Shown here: one piece after another, positions 49,176 to 58,871 of the stretch
Numbering within the stretch: position 1 is the first letter of the stretch
Layout of the letters: each line of letters opens with the position of its first letter
NCBI GenBank assembly: GCA_963662655.2
Contig: CAXXTU010000002.1
Coordinates: 1,184,001 to 1,248,000 of the forward strand
Direction: 5' to 3'
From: Candidatus Cloacimonadales bacterium
GTDB taxonomy: Bacteria; Cloacimonadota; Cloacimonadia; Cloacimonadales; JAIOQZ01
Length of the DNA: 64,000 nucleotides
Translations under genes and position numbers: made by a program
The notes under the pieces: model-generated
Told to the model about the DNA's origin: nothing
The model's input: the letters and a program-made list of their open reading frames with translations, nothing else
Database searches by the model: none

Positions 49176-49281
49176 GATTCCTCCTTATGTCAGCAAGTTA
49201 TTTTCTAATCTCGAACCCATAGTGAATTTTATATTCGCTTTTGAGCCAGACAAGAACCGGCACACCAACTTCATATTGACA

Positions 49282-49896
49282 TTATCCCAGGAAATCCCCG
49301 AGTCCGAAGTGATGGTACTGCATGTATGCTTCGAGCAATAGCCTTGCGTCCTCGGGATCGCGATAGTTTTTCGCGATCGAAACGAGCGCGTTGATGAAGT
49401 TGTCGTAGATAACCCGAATCAAGAAATTCTTTTGCGAACTGAGCTGAATCGTCTTCTTGTCCTTCAGCGTATCGATGTACTGGTAAGTCAGGTTCTCCAG
49501 CAAGCTAACGATCTCGTCTTTTACCCCTTCGTAAATCGTCCCTTCCGCCTTGCTCATGATTACCAGGAAATGCAACCGGTAATCCACCAGGAACTGATTG
49601 TACTCCCTGGCCATCGAATTGAATGAATCGGCAGTTCGTGATTCGATCACTTCCATTCCCCGCAGCGCTTCCTTTCTCTTTGTGAGGAATGACTTTAGTC
49701 TCGTCACGAGCGCCGGCGTGATAATCGAATAGAAGAGGTCTTCCTTATTCATGTAATAGCGATAGATGTTTCCCACGGATATTCCGGCAGCCTTGGCGAT
49801 ATCCGCCATCGTGGTTCCCTTGAACCCACTCTCCGCGAACAGCTTGAGCGCCGTCTCGCAAATCTGCGTCCTGATCTCCTCTTTCTTCGTTTGCAT
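49282..49896 (-). CDS. TetR/AcrR family transcriptional regulator
   Basis: ALKLFAESGFKGTTMADIAKAAGISVGNIYRYYMNKEDLF. Confidence 0.92.
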   Translation of the reverse strand: MQTKKEEIRTQICETALKLFAESGFKGTTMADIAKAAGISVGNIYRYYMNKEDLFYSIITPALVTRLKSFLTKRKEALRGMEVIESRTADSFNSMAREYNQFLVDYRLHFLVIMSKAEGTIYEGVKDEIVSLLENLTYQYIDTLKDKKTIQLSSQKNFLIRVIYDNFINALVSIAKNYRDPEDARLLLEAYMQYHHFGLGDFLG

Positions 49897-50147
49897 GAGC
49901 GATACTTCCTTTTTCATTCGCTTTTAATGAATCACGAGTTCATTTTTGCTCCCGGCTGATATCTTGTCAATTTTTTTTTTATTCCGGCACGCCATTTTTG
50001 TTCCTCTACGAGATGTTCACCAGTCTGCAATCGAACGCAAATCTCGTTGCAGTAGCCGACGAACCGCCCCTTAACATCTCCTTTATACAGCTCTTAACAA
50101 TCCCGAGTAAAAGACTGATAAAATAAAGATTGTGAGAGGATGCGAAA

Positions 50148-52499
50148 ATGGCTAAAGTAGACATGCATGTTCATTCGAAGTACTCGGAACACCCCTCCGA
50201 GTGGTTCCTGCAGCGGTTGGGAGCAGCTGAATCATACACCGATCCGTATGATCTCTATGCGATTATGAAGAAGCGCGGGATGGACTTCGTCACCATAACG
50301 GACCACAACCGCATCGATGGCGCTCTCCTCTTGAAGGAAGCGCATCCCGACGAGGTTATCGTGGGCATCGAGGCGACGACCTATTTCCCGGAGGACAGTT
50401 GCAAAATCCACATCTTGATCTACGGATTGAACGAGGAGCAGTACCGCAACATCCAGAATCTGCGCATTAACATCTACAAGCTCCAGGAGTACCTTGTGAG
50501 AGAGAACCTGGTTCACGCGGTGGCGCATCCCACCTACTCGGTCAACGGGAAACTCAACATCGTCCACCTGGAAAAGCTGATGCTCCTCTTCAATCACTAC
50601 GAGGGCATCAACGGCGGACGCAACAGCCTGCACAACGAAGGCTGGATGAACATCGTAAGGCATCTGACCCCGCAGCATATTGAAGAGCTCTCGCGGAAAC
50701 ACGGCATCGAGCCGATTGGAGACAAACCCTGGATCAAGGGGATCATCGGCGGATCGGACGATCATGCCGCCCTCTTCATGGGCCAAACCTACACCATGGC
50801 GACGGCGCAAACGCCCGAGCAATTCCTGGAGGAAGTCCGCAATCGCAGGACGCAGGTCAGCGGTCGGCACAACAACTTCCAGGCGTTCATCTTCACGCTG
50901 TACAAGATCGCCTGGGAATTCTACCGCTCGAAGGGCGGTGCGCTCTCGAAAAATCTGATCGACCGCCTGGGAGCCAGCTTGTTCGAGAACCGTTCCCTTC
51001 GTCTGTGGGAGCGCTGGAAAATCCGTCGCATCAAAGCGGACGTCTACACGTCGAACGTCGAATTCCAAAGCAAACTGCAAGAGTTTGTCGATATCCTCAA
51101 CGAGCAGGGCAACGACGACATCGAGGAGCGCCTTCAATCCTTGTACAACAAGCTCGCCGACCTCGTCGACTCTTTCTTCGCGATCCTCTTCTACTCCTTT
51201 GAGAAAGATATCGCCAACGGCAACCTCCTCAAGATCGTCCGTAACCTCGCGTCGGCAATCCCGGGCGTGTTCCTCACGCTACCGTTCTTCAGCAGCATCA
51301 TGCACCTCTACAAGGGGCGCAACATGCTTCACGAGTTGCAGAATCGCTTCGGCTGCACCGGCGACTCGAGCAGCAAGCGTATTCTCTGGTTCACGGACAC
51401 CCTCGACGATCTCAACGGCGTATCCATGACGCTAACCCGGGTGCTCGAGATTTCCCGCAAGAAGAACTACCCGATCACGGTCGTGAGCTCCCAGAAAAAC
51501 CGTGACGACGACGCGCACTACATGAACCTGCCGCAGGTCTACAGCTTCGATCTCCCCTTCTACGAGTCGTACCACATCTGCGTCCCCTCCATCCTGAAGG
51601 CCATTGACCGCATCTACATCTACCGGCCCGACAAGATTATTATCAGCACACCCGGACCGGTTGGCTTGCTGGGGCTGCTCATCGCGAAGATGATGCAGGT
51701 GGAGTGCGTCGGAGTCTACCACACCGACTTCACCGCCCAGGCATCCTCCATACAGGACGACGAGGGACTCGGCGGCCTCATCGAGGACCTCACCACGCGC
51801 TTCTACCAGATGATGTCCGAAGTCCGCGTTCCCACCAACGCCTACATCGAGCTCCTCGTAAACCGCGGAATCGACCGTGACAAAATGAAGTTCTTCCCGC
51901 GCGGTCTGGAGACGGAGCTGTTCTCGCCCAGAAAGCACTCGCGAACGTACCTGCAACACGAGTACAAGCTCCAGGAAGGCTTCTATATGCTGTACACCGG
52001 GCGCATCTCCCGCGACAAAGACCTCGACATCATCCTGTACGCCTTCCACATCCTCGAGAAGCAATTCCCAAACATATACCTGCTCATGGCGGGAGACGGC
52101 CCGCACAAGAAAGATTTCCAAGCCCACTACCGCAGCAAGCGGATCATCTGGTTGGGGCGCATCAAGCGCGAAACACTCCCGGACATCTATTCGGGCTGCG
52201 ACCTCATGCTCTTCCCCAGCACCACCGACACCTTCGGCATGTCCGTTCTGGAAGCGCAAGCATGCGGGTTACCGGCTCTTGTGAGCAACCAGGGAGGCCC
52301 CAAGGAGATCATCATCGACGGAAGAAGCGGATACGTCATGAGCGATTCTTTCCCGGAAAGCTGGAAAGACATGATCGAAAAGTTTATCAACTGGAAGACC
52401 GAAGACCCCGAGGCCCTCCGGAAAATGAGAATCGAATCGCGTGAGAACGCCCTCAAAAAGGTTAGCTGGGATCGGTTCTTCGAGTGCTTTATGGCATAA
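50148..52499 (+). CDS. PHP-domain / GT4 glycosyltransferase fusion
   Basis: DMHVHS, ITDHN, AHP, GGSDDH; then FTDT..DLNGV, YHTDF, GRISRDK, FPSTTDTFGMSVLEAQACGLP. Confidence 0.88.
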   Translation: MAKVDMHVHSKYSEHPSEWFLQRLGAAESYTDPYDLYAIMKKRGMDFVTITDHNRIDGALLLKEAHPDEVIVGIEATTYFPEDSCKIHILIYGLNEEQYRNIQNLRINIYKLQEYLVRENLVHAVAHPTYSVNGKLNIVHLEKLMLLFNHYEGINGGRNSLHNEGWMNIVRHLTPQHIEELSRKHGIEPIGDKPWIKGIIGGSDDHAALFMGQTYTMATAQTPEQFLEEVRNRRTQVSGRHNNFQAFIFTLYKIAWEFYRSKGGALSKNLIDRLGASLFENRSLRLWERWKIRRIKADVYTSNVEFQSKLQEFVDILNEQGNDDIEERLQSLYNKLADLVDSFFAILFYSFEKDIANGNLLKIVRNLASAIPGVFLTLPFFSSIMHLYKGRNMLHELQNRFGCTGDSSSKRILWFTDTLDDLNGVSMTLTRVLEISRKKNYPITVVSSQKNRDDDAHYMNLPQVYSFDLPFYESYHICVPSILKAIDRIYIYRPDKIIISTPGPVGLLGLLIAKMMQVECVGVYHTDFTAQASSIQDDEGLGGLIEDLTTRFYQMMSEVRVPTNAYIELLVNRGIDRDKMKFFPRGLETELFSPRKHSRTYLQHEYKLQEGFYMLYTGRISRDKDLDIILYAFHILEKQFPNIYLLMAGDGPHKKDFQAHYRSKRIIWLGRIKRETLPDIYSGCDLMLFPSTTDTFGMSVLEAQACGLPALVSNQGGPKEIIIDGRSGYVMSDSFPESWKDMIEKFINWKTEDPEALRKMRIESRENALKKVSWDRFFECFMA

Positions 52500-52683
52500 T
52501 GGAGTTAGAAGTAACAATCGTCACACGTCCGTAGAAACTCTCTCGTGGGTGGGCGGGTGGGCGCAGGGGCACGGTGATATGCGCCGGAAACGGTTAGCAA
52601 GCAGGAGAATCACAAAAGCGGGGCAATCTTGTATTGACCTCAGCCCCTGCAAACGATTTCGCAGAAATCGCTATCTGCCAGAA

Positions 52684-53382
52684 TCAATCAGGTAATACAA
52701 TGGAGAGCAAGCCATCTACGCCTGAGATGATATACGTCGGCTCCCGATCAAGATCGTGCTCTCTTCCATCGGGATTCAGCCAGCAGGTGTCGATCCCGTA
52801 ATCCATCCCTCCACGAATATCCGACTTCAAGCTGTCCCCGATGATGAGCGTGGTTTCCGTATTGCTGTGATTGCAACGCTCCAGTGTATGCTCAAAGATT
52901 TTCCGGGACGGTTTGGGCGTCCCGACCTCCTCAGAGACAATAATGACGGGGAAATATTGATCCAACCCCGACTTCTCGATGCGCCGGTATTGCACATCGC
53001 TGAGGCCGTTTGTGACGAGCGCGAGCTTGAACTTGCCGTGCAGCGATTTCACGACCTCTAACGCGCAGGGAAGAAATGCGGCCTCCTCCGCGAGATTCTT
53101 TAAATAAAGACGGCTCATATCGTCCGCATCGACTTCCAGTCCGATCTCGGCGGCGAATTTACGGAAGCGATCGCTACGGATCTCAACTGCGGTGACTTTA
53201 CCGCGCTCGAACTTCTGCCAGATGATTTCATTGATTTCCTGATACACCGGCAGATGCTCTTCCTCGTTGTAATCGAAACCGAAGTCCAACACGGTTTTTC
53301 GAAGCGCGTTACGCTCAGCTTCGTTGTAGTCGAGTAACGTCCCGTCGATATCGAAAAGTAGCAGTTCGTATTGCTTATTCAT
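52684..53382 (-). CDS. YjjG-like HAD-family nucleotidase
   Basis: FDIDGTLLD, VTNG, KP, IGDSLKSDIRGG. Confidence 0.88.
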   Translation of the reverse strand: MNKQYELLLFDIDGTLLDYNEAERNALRKTVLDFGFDYNEEEHLPVYQEINEIIWQKFERGKVTAVEIRSDRFRKFAAEIGLEVDADDMSRLYLKNLAEEAAFLPCALEVVKSLHGKFKLALVTNGLSDVQYRRIEKSGLDQYFPVIIVSEEVGTPKPSRKIFEHTLERCNHSNTETTLIIGDSLKSDIRGGMDYGIDTCWLNPDGREHDLDREPTYIISGVDGLLSIVLPD

Positions 53383-53993
53383 TTTTCATCTCGTTTCAGC
53401 TTGCAGATAACGGTGTAATCGTTCGGGAGATAGTTGTCGATGATCCTATAATCAACGCAGTAGGGCTTGATGATCTCGATTGTCTCCTCGGGATCGGTGT
53501 AGAAATAGCGATCCTCGGGATCGGGAGAACGTTTGTGCAGTAAATTGAACACCACGTACTCGTTGGCGACCTCGAAAAATATCTTGATCGCCCTGCGAAA
53601 GAACTCCTCGTTGTTCCCCAGATTCAGATTGAAAACGCCGGAACAGAACACCACGTCGAAGCAATGCTCCATGAACTCCTGATCCGAGAAGATGTCGACA
53701 CAGTGGAATTTCCCATCGGGGTGCTCTCCGCAAGCTTTTTCCACCATTTCGGGGAGAATATCGATCCCGGTATAATCAACCGAAATCTCCCTCTTCTTCA
53801 AGAAGCCCAAGAGATCCCCCAAGCCGGAGCCAACATCCAGAACAGAGCTGTCATCCAAATCCACATGATCCACAAACGCCTTGAAACGAAGCTCCTGTGC
53901 GTTCTCGCTCTCCCAATCGAGTATCGCTGCATTCCCCTTGCGGTTCTTCAGCTTGTCCTGATAATGATCGCGTATCTTATTGAAACTAGCCAT
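53379..53993 (-). CDS. class I SAM-dependent methyltransferase
   Basis: VLDVGSGLG, YTGIDI, FDVVFCSGVFN. Confidence 0.85.
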   Translation of the reverse strand: MASFNKIRDHYQDKLKNRKGNAAILDWESENAQELRFKAFVDHVDLDDSSVLDVGSGLGDLLGFLKKREISVDYTGIDILPEMVEKACGEHPDGKFHCVDIFSDQEFMEHCFDVVFCSGVFNLNLGNNEEFFRRAIKIFFEVANEYVVFNLLHKRSPDPEDRYFYTDPEETIEIIKPYCVDYRIIDNYLPNDYTVICKLKRDEK

Positions 53994-54064
53994 ATAATTC
54001 TATCAATCCTTCAAAGCCTCGATCTCCCATTGCTTTGCCGAGGTTCGTTCGTTTATTCCCTATT

Positions 54065-55429
54065 TCAGCTTCCGAATCGCTGGTACAACTCTTCGTATTG
54101 CTTCGCTGAGTATTTCCACGACCAGTCTTCCGCCATCGCGTTCTTTACGTACTGCTCCCACAACGAGCTTTCGTGGAAAACGTCCAGAGCCTCTTCCACA
54201 ATCTGAATCAGGCTGTTCGAGTAGTAGCTGCTGAACAGAAATCCGTTTGCACCCTTGGGATCCCGGCTGGAGGTGTCCTTGATCACATCGACGAACGCGC
54301 CCGTGCGCCGCGCGATCGGAATCGTTCCGTAGCGCATGGCTCGAAGATGTAGCGTCGATCCAGGGGCTTCGCGCGATGGAAGCAAGATCATGTCCGATGC
54401 GGCGAAGTACCGGTGCTCATCGTCGTTGTTGTAACCGACAACCACCTTCAGGTTGTAATACTCGGCAGCCATCTCCTTCAATTGTATCTGGAAATCGGTG
54501 TCGCCCGTGCCGTACACAAGCACCTGCACCGAAAGCTGAAGAATGTCCGGCAGTGCATCCAGAACGAGCGCGCAGCCATTCTCGCTGGTGAGCCTTCCCC
54601 CATAAAGAATCAGAGGGATTTTCTCTCCGACTTCCAGCCCGAGCTCTTTCTGGAGATTCTTTTTAACTTCGCGCTTCCCCGCCAGGTCTTTGTAGTGGAT
54701 CAACAGATGATCGTCCTTGGCCGGATTCCACTCGCCGTATCGCACGCCGTTGTTGATGCCGAAAAGTTTATTGGAAATCTGAAGGAAGTACGGGTCCAGC
54801 TCGTGGCCGAACTCCTGCTCCTGCACCTCATGCGTATAATGCCGGCTTGTCGTCGTCACATCGTCCGCGAAAATAATACCGAGCTTAACCAGACTCAGGT
54901 TCCCGAGCTTGTCAATCTCGTTCAAGTGCTTTTCGGAAAGCTTGAACGATTCCAGGTCGCCAGGTTCGATCGGTCCTTGTTGATCGAGATCGTAGAAAGT
55001 GTAAACCGTTCGAACATGGAGCTCCAGATTTCTGATAAGCAACGGAACCAATCCCCCCTGCCAGTGGTGACTGTGAACCACGTCGAATGGATGATTCTGC
55101 ACAAATCTCGCAACGCCTCGTGAGAAATGAAGCACCTGCTCGATGTCCACATGGTTTCCGTAAAACGGATCGAAGAAATGGTCGCCGGGCTTGAGAAAGA
55201 AGATCACCTTGTCCGTTCCGGGAATGTTCCCCTGGTAGAGTGTGAGAGAAAGGTCGTCGTACGTTTCTATCTTGCGGCACTTGATCGTGCGCATCTGATC
55301 GTAAAACGGCATGATGATCGACGTTTCCGAATTCAAATTGAAGATGAGGTTGTGAAGATTGTAGCCCAGACCCAATCTACTATATTTGTAAAAGGGCGCC
55401 AATTCCGGTAAAACCATCAGAATTCTCAT
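54065..55429 (-). CDS. glycogen synthase-like (GT5) protein with degenerate catalytic motifs
   Basis: GT5 landmarks (ELAPF.K, GINNG, WNP..D, AMRYGTIP..R.TG, NGFLF, SW..SA..Y..LY) are present, but the KxGG, QKG and FEPCG motifs are altered. Confidence 0.8.
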   Translation of the reverse strand: MRILMVLPELAPFYKYSRLGLGYNLHNLIFNLNSETSIIMPFYDQMRTIKCRKIETYDDLSLTLYQGNIPGTDKVIFFLKPGDHFFDPFYGNHVDIEQVLHFSRGVARFVQNHPFDVVHSHHWQGGLVPLLIRNLELHVRTVYTFYDLDQQGPIEPGDLESFKLSEKHLNEIDKLGNLSLVKLGIIFADDVTTTSRHYTHEVQEQEFGHELDPYFLQISNKLFGINNGVRYGEWNPAKDDHLLIHYKDLAGKREVKKNLQKELGLEVGEKIPLILYGGRLTSENGCALVLDALPDILQLSVQVLVYGTGDTDFQIQLKEMAAEYYNLKVVVGYNNDDEHRYFAASDMILLPSREAPGSTLHLRAMRYGTIPIARRTGAFVDVIKDTSSRDPKGANGFLFSSYYSNSLIQIVEEALDVFHESSLWEQYVKNAMAEDWSWKYSAKQYEELYQRFGS

Positions 55430-56340
55430 GAATCCTCCCTTGTAACGGGTTGTGCTCTATGCGCGTTTTTCCAGCGACGATGCAGCCAGAACCATTGTTC
55501 GGGATATCTGCGTATATACACTTCCATACGCTCAACCATCTTCCGTGTGATATCGATGATATTCTCTCGGGTATCCTCGATATCTTCCGTGAAAATGGGT
55601 TCCTCATAATACAATGTAAAGGTTCTGTCTGGATTGCGAACACAAATTGCAATAAAAATCGGAGAACCAGTCTTGATGGCCGTTTTCGCAGGGCCGATGT
55701 GAACGGATGCCGGTACTCCCAGGAAGTCCATGCGTACTCCGTAGTGACGTGCATCCTGATCGGCGATGAAGGCGATGATCTTATTCTCTCTGAGCGCTTT
55801 GATAATGGGCCGGAAGGATTTCGACGAATGAATGAGCGTCACACCCGCCGACCGCCGGAGATTTTCCGTATATTCGTTGAACCACGGGTTACGCTGCGGC
55901 TTCATCAAGGCTGCCGTGGGAATTCCGATGGACGACATATAACGCCCCGCAAGCTCCCAGTTCCCGATATGCATCGAGACCATCACCGCGCCTTTACCGT
56001 GTTCCAGCACCTTGCGGATGTTCTCTTCACCCACGATCTTCATCCCCTTGAACATCTTCTCGTCGTCGTAAAGATATTCCTCCGAAATCATGCGCGTCAT
56101 GCTGAGATACTGACGAACGTACAGCTTCCAGCGCTGGAAGGGGGTGAGTTCGGGATAAACCTTCTTCAGGTTCTCAAGCGCGACCTTCCGGCGGATGCCG
56201 AAAACGCTACTCGCGAGCAGGGCCAGGCCCATGAGAAGGAGTTCGCCGATACGTGCGGGTAACAAACGGTAGACTTTCAGGAAAAGGATGAAGAACAGAT
56301 ATTCGATTCGACTCTGTAGATTCTTGTGTTTACGTTTCAT
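55426..56340 (-). CDS. lipid A biosynthesis acyltransferase (LpxL/HtrB family)
   Basis: HIGNWE, DQDA, FLG, PEQWFWLHRRWK. Confidence 0.9.
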   Translation of the reverse strand: MKRKHKNLQSRIEYLFFILFLKVYRLLPARIGELLLMGLALLASSVFGIRRKVALENLKKVYPELTPFQRWKLYVRQYLSMTRMISEEYLYDDEKMFKGMKIVGEENIRKVLEHGKGAVMVSMHIGNWELAGRYMSSIGIPTAALMKPQRNPWFNEYTENLRRSAGVTLIHSSKSFRPIIKALRENKIIAFIADQDARHYGVRMDFLGVPASVHIGPAKTAIKTGSPIFIAICVRNPDRTFTLYYEEPIFTEDIEDTRENIIDITRKMVERMEVYIRRYPEQWFWLHRRWKNAHRAQPVTREDS

Positions 56341-56341
56341 T

Positions 56342-57061
56342 TTACTTGGGGATTCTTTCGATGAGGCGCTTCATCTCCCTCACTGCTTCCGCAAGCCCCG
56401 TGAAGACGGCTCGGGAAATAATGCTGTGCCCGATATTGTATTCCTGTATGATTCCCAGATCGACCAGTGCGTCGATGTTGTGATAGTTGAGCCCATGCCC
56501 GGCGACAATCCGCATCCCCGCCGTCCGGATAAGCTTCGAAGCCTTCTCGATCCGCTGGATTTCCTTGCGTATATCGTCCCGATCTTTCAGGTTGGCGTAG
56601 CGTCCGGTGTGCATCTCGACTGCGTCCGCCTCATAGCGGTCGGCCAGCTTGATCATGTCGGTATCCGGCTCGATGAACACGCTCACCTCGATTCCCGCTT
56701 CCTTCAGCTCACGAATCTTTCCGCGCATGGAATCCGGCTCGAGGTTGAGTCCGCCTTCGGTCGTGAGTTCTTCGCGCCGCTCGGGAACCAGCGTAACCGT
56801 GTCTGGCTTGACGGTTTTCGCGATCACAATCATCTCGTCGGTGGCGGCCATCTCCAGGTTGAGCCGGGTCTGAACCGTCTGTCGTAGCAGATTCAAATCT
56901 CGCAGTTGGATGTGCCTGCGGTCTTCCCTGAGATGAATGGTGATCTGGTCCGCGCCGTTCGCTTCCGCGATGAACGCCGCGTAAACAGGATCGGGTTCGA
57001 TTCCCATGCGAGCCTGTCTCAACGTTGCAATATGATCGATATTAACGCCCAATTCCGGCAT
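56342..57061 (-). CDS. pdxJ: pyridoxine 5'-phosphate synthase
   Basis: LGVNIDHIATLRQAR, HLREDRRHI, ELTTEGGL, AGHGLNY, NIGHSII. Confidence 0.96.
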   Translation of the reverse strand: MPELGVNIDHIATLRQARMGIEPDPVYAAFIAEANGADQITIHLREDRRHIQLRDLNLLRQTVQTRLNLEMAATDEMIVIAKTVKPDTVTLVPERREELTTEGGLNLEPDSMRGKIRELKEAGIEVSVFIEPDTDMIKLADRYEADAVEMHTGRYANLKDRDDIRKEIQRIEKASKLIRTAGMRIVAGHGLNYHNIDALVDLGIIQEYNIGHSIISRAVFTGLAEAVREMKRLIERIPK

Positions 57062-57092
57062 GTTGTTCTCCTGTAGGACAATGTGAGCTTTA

Positions 57093-57959
57093 TTACAAAT
57101 TCTCGTAGAAGATGCGGATGTCCGCTTCCGCCCTGAGTTGCTTGATATGCTTGATAAGCTGAAGCTCGGATTCGATCTGAACAAGCCGCTGCTTCAGCGC
57201 GCCCTTGATGTCCTCAAAATCCGCGATCCGGCTCTCCTTGTGATCGGTAACCATCAGGATGTGCGTTCCGAACTGCGTCGTGATCGGATCGCTGATTTCG
57301 CCGACCTTCATCTTGAACGCTGCGTCCTCGATCTCCTTGACCATCACACCGCGTGGGAAATAGCCGAGATCGCCCGACTGCCTGAAGCTGGGGCAATCGG
57401 AAAGCATTTTCGCGATGGCTCCGAAGTCTTCAGCCGATTCGATCTCGTCCATGATCTCCTTGTAGACCTGGACCGCAACGTCGTTCGCGTCTTTGATCAG
57501 CACATGAGAGGCGCGAACCACCTCACGGGTCTTGAACTGGCTCTTGTTCTTGTTGTAGAAGTCGCGAAGCTTCTCTTCGGGCACGTCTTCCTCGCATACG
57601 CAGAAGTGCTTCTGGACATAGCGTGAAACCAGCATACGGTCTTGCAACCGCTCCCGAATAGTGTCCTGATCGAGCCCTGTTTCCAGCAGCATATCGTTGA
57701 AATCGTCTTCCGATTTATAGTCCATCATCAGCTCGAGCACCTTCTCCTGAAGCTCGTCCGCCGAGATATCGATGTTCGCTTCCCGCGCACGATTCAAGAG
57801 CAACACGCCGTCGATCAAATGCTCGATAGCCCTTTCCCGACACTCGATACTCGCATCTTGTAGCTGCATCTGCTTCATTACTCTTTGCAGTTCGAACCGG
57901 TAACTTTCATCCGTTATTTGATAACCATTTACTTCAGCAATGATCATATCCGCTCCCAT
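57093..57959 (-). CDS. parvulin-type peptidylprolyl isomerase with a SurA-like N-terminal domain
   Basis: VRASHVLI, SDCPS..SGDLGYF, ITTQFGTHI. Confidence 0.88.
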   Translation of the reverse strand: MGADMIIAEVNGYQITDESYRFELQRVMKQMQLQDASIECRERAIEHLIDGVLLLNRAREANIDISADELQEKVLELMMDYKSEDDFNDMLLETGLDQDTIRERLQDRMLVSRYVQKHFCVCEEDVPEEKLRDFYNKNKSQFKTREVVRASHVLIKDANDVAVQVYKEIMDEIESAEDFGAIAKMLSDCPSFRQSGDLGYFPRGVMVKEIEDAAFKMKVGEISDPITTQFGTHILMVTDHKESRIADFEDIKGALKQRLVQIESELQLIKHIKQLRAEADIRIFYENL

Positions 57960-58871
57960 TTAAATTCCAAGCTTGTTTTCGATCTCACGAATAACCGCAG
58001 ATATGTTAATATCAGCGTTTCTTAATGTCAAATCGAATTCGCCCCGACGATACCATGTGACCTGCCTTTTTGCGTAATTCCTCGACTTCTGTTTGGCAAG
58101 CTCGATGGCGTTCGATAAATCTCCACCATTTTGCAGGTAATCGACCAACTCTCGATAGCCCACAGCGTTCATACCGGGATCGTCCGCACCGTAACCCATG
58201 TCAAGCAGCTTTTTAGCTTCTTCCAGAAAGCCGCCGACCATCATCCGGTCCAATCGCTCGTTGATCCTCGCGTACAATGTCTCACGAACCGGATTCAGTA
58301 AAATATTATAATTCTGGCAACTTTTTTCTTGTCGCTGCCTCTCCCAATGAACGCTCATCGGCTCGCCCGTCTGCTCGTAAACTTCCAGCGCACGCACAAC
58401 ACGCTTGATATCATTGGGATGAATGCGATTAGCGGACTCGGGGTCCACCTCCTCGAGTCGACGAAAAATTTTTGCGGGACTTTCCTGCGCATCCTTCATC
58501 AAACCTTCGCGGAGTGACGAATCGACATCCGGCGACTCGAACAATCCATTCTGCAGCGCCTTGATGTAGAAACCCGTTCCTCCGGCAATCACGGGAATCT
58601 TCCCCTGCTCGTTCAAGCTTTTGACGATTATCGCTGCGTCATCGGCAAATCTACCCGCGCTGTACGATTCGTCCGGATTCACCACGTCGATCAGGTGATG
58701 GCGAACGCTGACCTGCTCCATCTTCGAGGGTTTCGCGGTCCCAATATCCATATACCGGTAAATCTGACGCGAATCCGCTGAAATGATCTCCGAATTCAGC
58801 TTCTTTGCCAGCGCGATGGCGACGGTTGTCTTCCCCGAAGCCGTGGGACCCTGTACCGTTATAAACTTCAT
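57960..58871 (-). CDS. miaA: tRNA dimethylallyltransferase
   Basis: GPTASGKT, SADSRQIY, DIGTAKP, GGTGFY, YAKRQVTW. Confidence 0.96.
   Translation of the reverse strand: MKFITVQGPTASGKTTVAIALAKKLNSEIISADSRQIYRYMDIGTAKPSKMEQVSVRHHLIDVVNPDESYSAGRFADDAAIIVKSLNEQGKIPVIAGGTGFYIKALQNGLFESPDVDSSLREGLMKDAQESPAKIFRRLEEVDPESANRIHPNDIKRVVRALEVYEQTGEPMSVHWERQRQEKSCQNYNILLNPVRETLYARINERLDRMMVGGFLEEAKKLLDMGYGADDPGMNAVGYRELVDYLQNGGDLSNAIELAKQKSRNYAKRQVTWYRRGEFDLTLRNADINISAVIREIENKLGI

Noticed and set aside
52563..52650. GCAGGGGC/GCCCCTGC inverted repeat between convergent genes
   Set aside because: Only 8 bp, with no convincing internal structure and no second copy in the window
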